A DNA stretch of 64,000 nt. It comes from a virus. Taxonomy: Duplodnaviria; Caudoviricetes. The notes below the pieces were generated by a model that was given only the letters and a program-made list of their open reading frames with translations, ran no database searches and was not told where the DNA came from. Positions 8,934 through 18,590 of this stretch are shown here, one piece after another. Each line of letters begins with the position of its first letter. Positions within the stretch are counted from its first letter, which is position 1. Where the stretch lies: positions 41-64,040 of the IMG/VR virus record IMGVR_UViG_3300044695_005922, one strand, 5' to 3'. A program made the translations under genes and the position numbers.

Positions 8934-9304
8934 ACGATGATGAAAATAAAAATCCAAACGCATTAACGTATGGAATCACGCCTAACGCACCAGCAACAAT
9001 TCATCCAGTTGATGTTGATACTTGGAAAGCAGAAGTGTCTCCCACGTTTAAACATTATTTTAAAGAACGGTATGATGTTGTTGTGCAGGATTATGAAAAG
9101 TTGGTACGAGAATATTCTATCAATAAAATGTTGTATGAAAGTTCAATAAGTTTTAAGCCGAATATTGGGGATACTTACTATCTATATAAGAAGCAAAATG
9201 GATCTGCTTTTATATCACTGGTAAATCCTGCTCAAGCGTTCTGGGGTGGATATGTCGGTACTTTTAAATTAAACGCCCAGTATGCATGGGAAGAGGTTTT
9301 ATGA
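8930..9304 (+). CDS. DUF2452-like protein
   Basis: FKPNIGDTYYLY..ISLVNP..GTFKL..W pattern. Confidence 0.6.
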   Translation: MNDDENKNPNALTYGITPNAPATIHPVDVDTWKAEVSPTFKHYFKERYDVVVQDYEKLVREYSINKMLYESSISFKPNIGDTYYLYKKQNGSAFISLVNPAQAFWGGYVGTFKLNAQYAWEEVL

Positions 9305-10155
9305 CGATAGATTATAGTAGGGTTATCCAAGCACAACCCGATGGTTATGATGTAGAGGTGTTTAAACAAATTAAGTTGCAAAAGGGATTTGTTAAAAAAG
9401 AATTTCCATACAAGAAAGTTTCTGGTATGTATGTTCATTCTTTTAATCCATCTACATTACCCACCTCATTTGCCAATAACGATTCTCGCTTAAACACATT
9501 GGCACAAATTGCTCCACGAGCAGTACCTACTATATGGAATACCATAACAAATTTAGTGGATGTATTCACTCCAATCGAACTCGCAGCCGATAGGAACGAA
9601 TTCTCATGCCAGTTGGCGGCAGTTGAATATCCAAATTCTTGGATTGTTATGGCTCCTCTTCCTGGTGATACAGTGGTTACGGTTCGAAATATGTATCACG
9701 AAATGATTCATTGGAAATTTACAGCACTAGGATTTGGAAAGGGATGTACACCAGAAGTATTCGATATGTTACATCACAATAATGAATTTGTCTTAAATCC
9801 AGTTGAAGAACTACATCACTCTATTGTGAATAGTTATGATGACACAGCACAAGCTGCTGTTGGACACAAAGCATCAGGCCGTCCCATTAGTGCGTCACTT
9901 CATGCATATGCCTCATTCTTGGGTGAAGCTGAAGTATCTCTACGTTTCGTACAACACGATTTTAAAGCACATTACCATTGGTTGGGTTACGCGAAGAAGT
10001 GGGGAGATAGATTGAACGAATCCTTGGAGGCTTTGATGTTAAAGGCACATACCACGGAAAAGGGAGCACAATTACTTCTTGGATTGTACCGATGGACTCG
10101 TGATTATCAAGAAGAATATAAAGACACACTTAAAACATTATCTAAATTGATGTAA
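9301..10155 (+). CDS. aKG-HExxH-like putative peptide beta-hydroxylase, copy 1
   Basis: HEMIHWK plus downstream RPISASLHAYASF; paralog of 61598..62437; start 9301 by ATGA overlap and paralog alignment. Confidence 0.6.
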   Translation: MTIDYSRVIQAQPDGYDVEVFKQIKLQKGFVKKEFPYKKVSGMYVHSFNPSTLPTSFANNDSRLNTLAQIAPRAVPTIWNTITNLVDVFTPIELAADRNEFSCQLAAVEYPNSWIVMAPLPGDTVVTVRNMYHEMIHWKFTALGFGKGCTPEVFDMLHHNNEFVLNPVEELHHSIVNSYDDTAQAAVGHKASGRPISASLHAYASFLGEAEVSLRFVQHDFKAHYHWLGYAKKWGDRLNESLEALMLKAHTTEKGAQLLLGLYRWTRDYQEEYKDTLKTLSKLM

Positions 10156-10760
10156 TGTATTCGTTGACCGCATCTCTTCCGTATCACTTATATGGTCAAG
10201 TTCGTCGTGAATTTATTACCAATGGAACGGACACTGGACTAGATAATTGTATTATTCATGCAGTCTCAGTTAGACCCACCCAAGCGTTGACATTTTCTGT
10301 GTTATTGGAAAATGGTGCACAATATCGTGGTGTACCTATTCACGGACTTGTTATTGGACAAGATACCACCAAACAAATACCTCCTGCAAAAAATTTGCAT
10401 ACTCATCAAGTGTGGGGATGTTTCGGTACAGAATTTGGTATTATAGATATGAAGTTTTCCAAAGGATTAAGTGCTGAGTGGGTGGATTCACACGGTAACA
10501 AATTTTCCGGCCGTGGATTAGGATGGGCAATAGAATTTTATGACGATGGTTATTCCAATGCACCACAACAAGATAAAAGTTTTAATATGTTGGTGTCGGA
10601 AGAAGGGTATCTCGCAGCCATGCCAAACAATCGGGTACGCTGGTGGGAAGATAGCTTTACTAATTGGAAATTACCAATAAAATTAAAAGTGAATCACAAA
10701 ATATATTATGTAGAAAGTATAGGAATTAATCCAGAAGAAACTGCTTTTGTAAAGGAGTAG
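10155..10760 (+). CDS. Hypothetical phage protein
   Basis: Intact 201-aa ORF coupled to the upstream gene (TAATG). Confidence 0.6.
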   Translation: MYSLTASLPYHLYGQVRREFITNGTDTGLDNCIIHAVSVRPTQALTFSVLLENGAQYRGVPIHGLVIGQDTTKQIPPAKNLHTHQVWGCFGTEFGIIDMKFSKGLSAEWVDSHGNKFSGRGLGWAIEFYDDGYSNAPQQDKSFNMLVSEEGYLAAMPNNRVRWWEDSFTNWKLPIKLKVNHKIYYVESIGINPEETAFVKE

Positions 10761-10763
10761 CAT

Positions 10764-11129
10764 ATGGGACTGTTTGATGAAATACGAGTGGAACAGATAT
10801 TACCTGGTGAATACGAAATTACGGATACATGGTATCAAACAAAATCATTTGACTGTGTAATGGCCAACTATGTTATTACTGCTAGAGGTGAATTATATGA
10901 AGAAAAGTGGGATTGGGAATGGATAGGTGATGAAACTGCATTTTTGGGTGGACACATAGAAAAAATAAAAGATAGTTATCGTCGTGAGTACTTGACAGAC
11001 TTCCACGGGGATATTATATTTTATGGAAGTAAACCAAAGGAAGGTACGAATCGTGTATGGCGTGATTACTATGCAAGATTTACTAACGGTAGATTATCAA
11101 GAATTTGGTATAAAGATAAACAATATTAA
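10764..11129 (+). CDS. Hypothetical phage protein
   Basis: AAGGAG RBS; MGLFD..WYQTKSFDC. Confidence 0.6.
   Translation: MGLFDEIRVEQILPGEYEITDTWYQTKSFDCVMANYVITARGELYEEKWDWEWIGDETAFLGGHIEKIKDSYRREYLTDFHGDIIFYGSKPKEGTNRVWRDYYARFTNGRLSRIWYKDKQY
10992..11020 (+). promoter_or_regulatory. Intragenic sigma70-like promoter upstream of the clamp cluster
   Basis: TTGACA-N17-TATATT. Confidence 0.6.
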
Positions 11130-11183
11130 AGAGGTTAACGGTTATGGTAAACTTGACAGATTGTGGATGCGGGAATGGGATAG

Positions 11184-11852
11184 ATGGTAAACGATGTAGT
11201 TTTTGAAAAAATTATTGAAGATAAAGAACGTACATTTGTTCTTACCAATTCTTGTACACCCAAATCTATATTTACGTGGAGTAATGTAGAAAGTTATATA
11301 AATGATAATTACCACAATTCTGATATTGTTATTATTGGTGATAATAAATCAAAAATAGAAACGTACAGAAGTACAGAAACAAGTAGTACGCCTACTAAAA
11401 CTATAGCTTCTGAAATTTATGATGGTAAATCATTTATATTAAATGCAATGGAACGGTATACCAAAGGACTATTCTACGCATCAAATATATTTTCACAGAT
11501 ACAAAATAGATATGTCAGTACAAATATTTACGGTGGATTGAAAAATACTTCCAAGTCATTCCACGCACACGCAGATTCCCAATATGTGTTAATATTACAA
11601 TTAGATGGAATTTCCGATTGGACAGTATACGCAGAAACTTGGAACGGAAATCCAAATGAAGTTATTTGTTTAAATGATGATTTATTAAAAAAAGATTTGG
11701 TGTACACTTTACATCCTGGGGATGTGTTGTATATTCCATACAGAAGGTATCATAAGTGTATTCCAAGAAGTAAAAGATTGTCAGCAAGTATAAGTGCAGA
11801 TTTTGGTACGGTACGCCCATCACATTACGGTGATTGGTTCGGTTTTAATTAA
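11184..11852 (+). CDS. JmjC/cupin_4 2OG-Fe(II) oxygenase
   Basis: NIY..SFHAHAD..LILQLDG..W..LHPGDVLYIP..YH..RLSAS. Confidence 0.8.
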   Translation: MVNDVVFEKIIEDKERTFVLTNSCTPKSIFTWSNVESYINDNYHNSDIVIIGDNKSKIETYRSTETSSTPTKTIASEIYDGKSFILNAMERYTKGLFYASNIFSQIQNRYVSTNIYGGLKNTSKSFHAHADSQYVLILQLDGISDWTVYAETWNGNPNEVICLNDDLLKKDLVYTLHPGDVLYIPYRRYHKCIPRSKRLSASISADFGTVRPSHYGDWFGFN

Positions 11853-11872
11853 ACAACAGAGGTTAAACGGTT

Positions 11873-12592
11873 ATGGAAAAGACAAAGTTGGAAAAGTTCA
11901 TTAGTAAGTATTCTCTTGGTGGTTCTTGTGAAAGTGTGTTGTGGAAGTCGGACGGTAATGATATCACGGTAAAGTGTATTTCCGACGACAAGAATGTACT
12001 TGGTATTGTTACAGTCAAGGACGCCAAGCTGGACGAAGGTGACTATGGTATCTTTGATACTAAGCAGTTGTCATCAATGTTATCGGTTCTTGGTGAAGCA
12101 GTTACGATTACCACCAAGAAGGTCGGTGACAGAGTTTCTGCCGTCCATCTCACTGATAATAACGTAAAGGTTGATTACGTATTGGCGGATTCCGCAGTTA
12201 TCCCCGCTGCACCTGAGTTGAAGCAGCTCCCCGCATTTGATATTGAAATCACGCTAGATCAGAAGGTAATGAATACTTTCTTGAAGGCAAAGGGTGCATT
12301 GTCCGATGTAGAAACTTTTACCGTTCTGAGTGATGGTGATTCTGCACAGATTGTTCTTGGATATTCCGATATGAATACTAATCGTATCACTCTTGATGTA
12401 GAAACTACAAAGAATGCAAAAATTACTCCCATCAATTTCTCTGCACGATACTTCAAGGAAATCATCGCTGCAAATAAGGAAGCAGCTAGTGGTGTCTTGA
12501 AGGTTAGTAGTAAGGGATTGGCATATGTCAAGTTTGGTGTCACTGATTACAACACCGACTACTACCTCGTCCAGATTCAAACAGCTTCCTAA
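11873..12592 (+). CDS. DNA polymerase sliding clamp (gp45-like)
   Basis: 239 aa, GIFDTKQL, LKVSSKGL..F..DYYLV; next to clamp loader genes. Confidence 0.75.
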   Translation: MEKTKLEKFISKYSLGGSCESVLWKSDGNDITVKCISDDKNVLGIVTVKDAKLDEGDYGIFDTKQLSSMLSVLGEAVTITTKKVGDRVSAVHLTDNNVKVDYVLADSAVIPAAPELKQLPAFDIEITLDQKVMNTFLKAKGALSDVETFTVLSDGDSAQIVLGYSDMNTNRITLDVETTKNAKITPINFSARYFKEIIAANKEAASGVLKVSSKGLAYVKFGVTDYNTDYYLVQIQTAS

Positions 12593-14028
12593 TGTCATTC
12601 TTTGAGTTCAACGATACTCCAAAGCAAGCACAGTATACACCCCCTTCTGCGAAGAAACCGCCGAAGGGTGGTGTTGTCTTGAATACCAGTGCCACTGATT
12701 TTTTCAGTGGTGAAGGTACATCGTTTGATTTTGATATAGAAAAAAATAAGTTTGTTCAACATATGGGTATGTTGAAAAATCAATCGGTGCAAGAAAATAC
12801 GTTGTATAAGAAGTGGAAAGAACTAACAACGGATTTTAATAATACAAAAGATATTCAGCTTGCACAAATTGTTGAAGCCAAGATATGGCGGCCAACAGAT
12901 ATTACGAATAAGAATTTAACTGTCCACGAGATCAACGCGATTGATCCAGAAATTATTATTGTAGAACCGGAAGATATACAATATTTCAATGATTGGAAAT
13001 ACATTAGAGTATTTTGTCATACAATGGAATTTACCGCAAATGTTGGTCGTTTGATTCGTGTACTCATTCGTGATCGTTCGTCTGGAAAATATGTTGGGGC
13101 TGCCTCACTTGGTTCCGATGTAGCCTCCATCAATGTCCGTGATCAGTGGATTGGGTGGTCAAAAGAAAATAAATTTACGCATGGGTTGTTAAATTCTACT
13201 GCAATTTGTACAACTATCATTCCAACACAACCATTCGGATATAATTTCTTGGGTGGTAAGATGATAGCTTCATTACTCACTACAAAAGTGATTCGTGATG
13301 AATGGAAAAGAAAGTTTGGTAACGTATTGGTTGGGGTGACTACAACCTCACTATACGGTTCGCATAGTATGTATCAACGTATCCCGTTTTGGAAAGAATT
13401 GGGAGTTACTGCTGGAAAGATTTCTCTTAAACCAGACGATGATGTATTTGAAAAGTGGGCAAACTATCTAAAAGTTAATCACTCAGAAGGATTTGATAAA
13501 TGTACAATTCCATATTTTGGTGATATTACACAAGAGGGTCAGTCATGGATATGCACTGATGGCACAACCAAAATAACAGCCTCGTCGCGTGATGAGTTAG
13601 TGTCCATATTGGAAAACGATAACTACTCTGTACATAGTACTGGTGAAGTATACGATAAGAAGTGTCGATGTGGGTCACCACCGACAGGACCAAAGTTACA
13701 GCAGATGTTACTTTTATATAAAATATTAGGTATTAAACCCAGTGACTACGAACATGGATTTCAACGTGGAGTTTATTTCGCTCCAATGTATGAAAATACA
13801 CGTGAGTTTCTTCGTGGAGAAATCAACGAAGATAAACTAATATTATCACAGAAGTTGACAAATGATGTTGAGAGTGTTATGTTATGGTGGAGAGATAAAG
13901 CAATCAAAAGATATTTGAATCTATTTGATAATAACCGTTTAAATGGTGAAACGTTATATTATCGTAAAATGATTCAGATGACTTGGGAAGAATCCAAGAA
14001 CACTTATCTGGGTGAGGTTGGACGATGA
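12592..14028 (+). CDS. DUF4338 (DruA-like) GNAT-related protein
   Basis: GRLIRVLIRD..GKYVG..SLGSD..RDQWIGW, IIPTQPFGYNFLGGKMIA, TTTSLYG..MYQR. Confidence 0.75.
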   Translation: MSFFEFNDTPKQAQYTPPSAKKPPKGGVVLNTSATDFFSGEGTSFDFDIEKNKFVQHMGMLKNQSVQENTLYKKWKELTTDFNNTKDIQLAQIVEAKIWRPTDITNKNLTVHEINAIDPEIIIVEPEDIQYFNDWKYIRVFCHTMEFTANVGRLIRVLIRDRSSGKYVGAASLGSDVASINVRDQWIGWSKENKFTHGLLNSTAICTTIIPTQPFGYNFLGGKMIASLLTTKVIRDEWKRKFGNVLVGVTTTSLYGSHSMYQRIPFWKELGVTAGKISLKPDDDVFEKWANYLKVNHSEGFDKCTIPYFGDITQEGQSWICTDGTTKITASSRDELVSILENDNYSVHSTGEVYDKKCRCGSPPTGPKLQQMLLLYKILGIKPSDYEHGFQRGVYFAPMYENTREFLRGEINEDKLILSQKLTNDVESVMLWWRDKAIKRYLNLFDNNRLNGETLYYRKMIQMTWEESKNTYLGEVGR

Positions 14029-14744
14029 GGCATATTGGTAAAACAATAACGAACATGTCAGGCATGCTTCCAAAGAAAAGAGTTCGTGGATCACGACCTG
14101 ATCAACAATTGTTAGCTGTTCGTACGCATAGTCCAAAAGTAATATGCCACCTCACAGGTGATTCACCCAGAGAATATTTGTTTAAATATGGAACAACCTA
14201 TTCATTACAACAAGACCATATAATTCAGTATAAGTTTGTTCCAAAATGGGAACTAGATGGTGTAACAATATTATCACCAAATGGGCACCAGCACATGACA
14301 AATTTAGAATACAATAAAACAGAACTTAAATTTGATGATACCGAAATCTGTGAAATTTGTAAGATGAATAATTACGATTATTATCGCAGAACAAAATTGG
14401 TAGTTACATTTCATACACATCATGTGGATGGAAACCGAAAAAATAATGATGTGAATAACAAACAACGGTTGTGTCCAAACTGTCACTACGCAACTGATAG
14501 TCATTCGGTAAATAAAAATAAAAATCCGTTTAGAAATAAATGGTCTAAGTTTTTGGAATATTTACACGACAGACGAAGTGTTGGATTTATGACAAGAAAG
14601 TTAAATACTAATAAAAGTAATTTACAGTGGAATTTTTACAAAATTGGATTAGATTTACATTTTGGTAGAGATATCTTGGAACCACCGAAGATCATACGAC
14701 ACTTGTTTGAAAACGAAGAAGCATCTAAATTCTTTAATATTTAA
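14025..14744 (+). CDS. HNH endonuclease
   Basis: CEIC...HTHHVDGNRKNN..NN..LCPNCH. Confidence 0.8.
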   Translation: MRHIGKTITNMSGMLPKKRVRGSRPDQQLLAVRTHSPKVICHLTGDSPREYLFKYGTTYSLQQDHIIQYKFVPKWELDGVTILSPNGHQHMTNLEYNKTELKFDDTEICEICKMNNYDYYRRTKLVVTFHTHHVDGNRKNNDVNNKQRLCPNCHYATDSHSVNKNKNPFRNKWSKFLEYLHDRRSVGFMTRKLNTNKSNLQWNFYKIGLDLHFGRDILEPPKIIRHLFENEEASKFFNI

Positions 14745-14752
14745 GAGGTTAT

Positions 14753-15667
14753 ATGGTAGAAAATACCTTGTGGGTGGAAAAGTATCGTCCCAATGCATTA
14801 GAAAATTATATTGGTAATGAACATATAAAGACTAAACTCACACAATTTATTCAAGAACAGGATATTCCACATCTATTGTTCTGTGGAACTGCCGGTACCG
14901 GTAAGACTACCGCAGCGAAGATTCTGGTCAAGAATATTGATTGTGATTATTTGTTTATCAACGCATCGGATGAAAACTCCGTAGATACGATTCGTACTAA
15001 GATTAAGAACTTCGCAGCAACAATGAGTTTTAAACCCTTGAAGATTATCGTACTCGACGAGGCGGATTATATTACCCCACAGGCACAGGCAGCACTTCGT
15101 AATTTGATGGAAGTGTTTAGCAAGAATACTCGTTTCATCTTGACCTGTAATTATGTGGAACGCATCATTGACCCCTTGATTAGTCGGTCGCACGTGTTTA
15201 AATTAACACCACCATCTAAAAAAGAAGTAGCAGTTCACTTAATGAAAATTTTGGAGAAGGAACATGTCGAATTTAATAAATCTGTTATCGCAACCTTGGT
15301 TAACGCATATTACCCAGACATTCGCCGGATTATTAATACTTCGCAAAATCAAACAAGTGGCGGTAGACTGGAACTCAACGTTGAGGAAGTAATCGCCGGA
15401 GATTACAAGTTGAAGGTGTTGGATGTCTTGATGAGTAATCTTCCATTGAAAGATAAGATTAATGAAACAAGACAGATTGTGGCAGATAGTAATGTAAAAG
15501 ATTTTACTGAACTGTATAGATTACTCTTTGATAAGGTAACTGATTACGCACCGACAAAGGTACCACACAGTATTCGAGAAATCGCAAAAGGACAGTATCG
15601 TGATAATTTTGTAGCAGATAAGGAAATTACTTTTGTAGCAACGTTGTATAACATTTTAAATGATTGA
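14753..15667 (+). CDS. Clamp loader large subunit (gp44/RFC-like)
   Basis: LWVEKYRP, GTAGTGKTT, INASD, LDEAD, FILTCNY, PDIRR. Confidence 0.95.
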   Translation: MVENTLWVEKYRPNALENYIGNEHIKTKLTQFIQEQDIPHLLFCGTAGTGKTTAAKILVKNIDCDYLFINASDENSVDTIRTKIKNFAATMSFKPLKIIVLDEADYITPQAQAALRNLMEVFSKNTRFILTCNYVERIIDPLISRSHVFKLTPPSKKEVAVHLMKILEKEHVEFNKSVIATLVNAYYPDIRRIINTSQNQTSGGRLELNVEEVIAGDYKLKVLDVLMSNLPLKDKINETRQIVADSNVKDFTELYRLLFDKVTDYAPTKVPHSIREIAKGQYRDNFVADKEITFVATLYNILND

Positions 15668-15673
15668 GGAATT

Positions 15674-15991
15674 ATGTCAAAGAATAACCGATTTGGTGGA
15701 CCACCACCGCAACAGCCGCAGTTGAATGTGGATTTGTCAAAGGCAGACGATGTTTCCTGCGAACGTTGTGGTAATTACACCTTTGAACAAGTGATGTTGA
15801 TGAAGCGGATGTCTGCACTTATTTCACCAACTGGTAAGGAAGCAATTGTACCTATTCCTACCTTTTCGTGTAATGCATGTGGTCATATTAATAAGGCGTT
15901 TCTTCCTGTAATTCCCAAGGGAATGGAAGAGGAAGCAGCAACCGAAGTGGAAAAGGCTCCGAGCAAGCCTTCACTCATTTTAGAGAAGTAA
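15674..15991 (+). CDS. Zinc-ribbon protein
   Basis: CERCGN...CNACGH. Confidence 0.6.
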   Translation: MSKNNRFGGPPPQQPQLNVDLSKADDVSCERCGNYTFEQVMLMKRMSALISPTGKEAIVPIPTFSCNACGHINKAFLPVIPKGMEEEAATEVEKAPSKPSLILEK

Positions 15992-15992
15992 T

Positions 15993-16580
15993 ATGTCAAA
16001 AACTACTAACGCAGCAGCACCAATCGTATCGGTACCAGCAGCACCAGTAACAACTATGCGAGATGCTGGAATTTATTACTTGTGTGATGAGTTTAATACC
16101 AATGTAGCAAAAGATGTCGTTACGTGGATACTAGATTCAAACATTCAGAAAAGTAAGAAGCATGACCATCTTACATTGATGATCACCAGTTATGGTGGTG
16201 ACTTGTCAGCTGCATTCGCTATTATTGACGTAATGCGAGGTAGTGCAATTCCTGTTCGTACAATTGGTCTTGGATGTATCGCATCGGCTGGATTGTTAAC
16301 ATTCATTTCTGGTGAGAAGGGACATCGTATCATTACACCGAATACGAGTATCCTCTCACATCAGTGGTCGTGGGGACAGGTAGGTAAGGAGCATGAACTC
16401 ATCGCAACGATGCGTGAGTTTGAGTTGACTACGATTCGTATGATTAATCATTACAAGAAGTGTACTGGATTGGCCGAAAAGGTTGTTCGTGAACGACTTC
16501 TTCCACCGCAGGATGTGTGGTTATCTCCGCAGGAAGCGTTGAAATATAAAATCTGCGATAAGGTACAGGATATCAAGTAA
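15993..16580 (+). CDS. clpP: ClpP-like protease subunit
   Basis: ITSYGG, GCIASAG (catalytic Ser), SHQ (His), DVWLSPQEALKYKICD. Confidence 0.85.
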   Translation: MSKTTNAAAPIVSVPAAPVTTMRDAGIYYLCDEFNTNVAKDVVTWILDSNIQKSKKHDHLTLMITSYGGDLSAAFAIIDVMRGSAIPVRTIGLGCIASAGLLTFISGEKGHRIITPNTSILSHQWSWGQVGKEHELIATMREFELTTIRMINHYKKCTGLAEKVVRERLLPPQDVWLSPQEALKYKICDKVQDIK

Positions 16581-16583
16581 TAT

Positions 16584-17411
16584 ATGGAACAAACGTTTGT
16601 TGATACGTCCCGTGTCTCAGTTAGAGAAATTAGTAAAGCTGTGGCACGGGATTTTATCGAAAAGCACCATTACACACATAAGTTCAGTTCCACACGATAT
16701 GCCCTAGGGATTTTTTATCGTGAGGAAACTGAACATATGTTCTTTGCCGGTGAAAACGAACAGTTGATTGGTTGTATGACTTATGGGCATCCTGTAAGTA
16801 ATAGAACGGTTGATAGTATCGTAGATGGATTGGAATTAGACGAAGTATTAGAACTCACCAGATTGGTTATTCTTGATGGATATGGAAAGAATATTGAGAG
16901 TTATTCTATTGCACAATCCTTCCACTGGATGAGAGATAATGATTCACGAGTAAAAGTATTGGTTAGTTACGCAGACCCAGAACAGTCACACACGGGTGGT
17001 ATTTACCGAGCAACTAATTGGATATATCAGGGATGTGGATATTCCAAGTTGATGCCTGATTTCTCACTTCTCTTAGAGGAAGGTGGATTGTGGATGCATT
17101 CACGAACAGTGGGGGCAAAGTTTGGCAATAAATCTGTGGAGAACCTAGCAAAACGAATTGGTCGTACGTTTTGGAGAAAAGAAGAAACTGCTAAACATCG
17201 GTATATTTATTTTCTCTGTGACAAGAAGGAAAAGAAACGTATGATGAAAAACTTAAAGATTCCAATCATACCATATAACGATATTAAAGAATACGTACAG
17301 TTGATTCAAAAGGTCACTGTCACCGATGGAGTTGTAGAAAACATCGAAGTTATTCAAGGTGTAGATAATGGGTGGAAACCTCAGAAAGTACAATTGAAGG
17401 AGAATGTATGA
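16584..17411 (+). CDS. Mom-like GNAT DNA-modification protein, second copy
   Basis: HHYT, VLELTRL, NIESYSI, VSYADPEQSHTGGIYRATNWIYQG, KHRYIY. Confidence 0.8.
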   Translation: MEQTFVDTSRVSVREISKAVARDFIEKHHYTHKFSSTRYALGIFYREETEHMFFAGENEQLIGCMTYGHPVSNRTVDSIVDGLELDEVLELTRLVILDGYGKNIESYSIAQSFHWMRDNDSRVKVLVSYADPEQSHTGGIYRATNWIYQGCGYSKLMPDFSLLLEEGGLWMHSRTVGAKFGNKSVENLAKRIGRTFWRKEETAKHRYIYFLCDKKEKKRMMKNLKIPIIPYNDIKEYVQLIQKVTVTDGVVENIEVIQGVDNGWKPQKVQLKENV

Positions 17412-18154
17412 GAGTAGCTATTGTTTCGACCCCACGTACATGTTCAAGTATGCTGGGAACACTTTTCTCTACAAAGTTTAATTTAACAGATTATTCGGAA
17501 TTGTTTTCCGAAGGTCCGATTGTAAAATCCGTAGAAGAAAAATTAGACATGATGACGAACACAGATGATTTTTCTGTTAAGATTACCAGTACCACCTTGA
17601 CAAGTTATAAAAATATATTGGATTACCAGACATTTCCGTGGCACGCATTTGATAGAATTGTTTTGGCCGAAAGATTGGATATCACACAACAAGCTGCAAG
17701 TTGGTTACTATTGTCGTATGCACAGGAAAATGGTAATGGTGAATACGCAGCACTGGTAGAATTTTTAACAGAGCAATTGAAAACACCTGAAAATATTCCA
17801 CTCGACAGAAGTTTGTTGAAGTATATTTTGGAAACTATTTTATATTATTACGATGTAATTAAACCACATTTATTAAAGTCTGGATTGCATGTTAGTATGG
17901 TTGACCACGAAATGATGCAGAAACCATCTACGGAATATCTACCCGAGTTAAATGAACGTTTGGGAATTGAATTTACACAAGAAGATGTTGACAAAATTTC
18001 AAATCCAACGTATATTGATTATACACCCTTCATCGAAGCCCACAAACTTCGTGATGTAATAGAAGAAATTAAACAAGAGTTAACTAATGCCACCAAAGAA
18101 GAAACAAGCACAGACGAAGGAAACGAATCAATCGAAAACGAAGGGACTGTTTGA
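17408..18154 (+). CDS. Sulfotransferase-like protein
   Basis: IVSTPRTCSS..SELF..LAER.D..QQAASW (Stf0-like). Confidence 0.55.
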   Translation: MRVAIVSTPRTCSSMLGTLFSTKFNLTDYSELFSEGPIVKSVEEKLDMMTNTDDFSVKITSTTLTSYKNILDYQTFPWHAFDRIVLAERLDITQQAASWLLLSYAQENGNGEYAALVEFLTEQLKTPENIPLDRSLLKYILETILYYYDVIKPHLLKSGLHVSMVDHEMMQKPSTEYLPELNERLGIEFTQEDVDKISNPTYIDYTPFIEAHKLRDVIEEIKQELTNATKEETSTDEGNESIENEGTV

Positions 18155-18566
18155 CCACATAGAGCAAATTTATGTTGGACAAAATCCAAACTATTTTGAT
18201 ACATTGTCCGATGCTGAGAAGAAATCATACAGTGTGTATATGGTCAATAAATTTCTGAGTATGAATCCACATCAATCTCCGTTCGTAGACGAGATGCAGA
18301 AATACACATTACCAAATGATATACATTACGCCTTCTTCAGCCGAATTATTCCGAAAGGGCGACAGTTTAATAAGTACATTAAGAGTAAAAAGGAGTCAGC
18401 ATATGAGTCGTGGATGGTTGACTTGGTTAGGAAACATTATGAAATTAGCGCAGCAGAAGCTACAGACTACCTCGAAATCTACTACAAGCACAACAAAGAA
18501 GAATTACGAAAGTTGTGTCAGATGTACGGAACAGAAGAAAAAGTAATCAAGAAGGCTAAACTATGA
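18087..18566 (+). CDS. Clamp loader small subunit (gp62-like)
   Basis: LFDHI..YMVNKFLSM..IPKGRQFNKYIK..YEIS..EA..Y pattern. Confidence 0.7.
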   Translation: MPPKKKQAQTKETNQSKTKGLFDHIEQIYVGQNPNYFDTLSDAEKKSYSVYMVNKFLSMNPHQSPFVDEMQKYTLPNDIHYAFFSRIIPKGRQFNKYIKSKKESAYESWMVDLVRKHYEISAAEATDYLEIYYKHNKEELRKLCQMYGTEEKVIKKAKL

Positions 18567-18590
18567 AAAACGACAGAGGAAATTATAAAA

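Noticed and set aside
11153-11181. TTGACA at 11153 as a promoter
   Set aside because: No -10 box at a suitable spacing.
12592-14028. Druantia defence system
   Set aside because: Only the DUF4338 gene is present; there is no DruE helicase and the context is phage replication.
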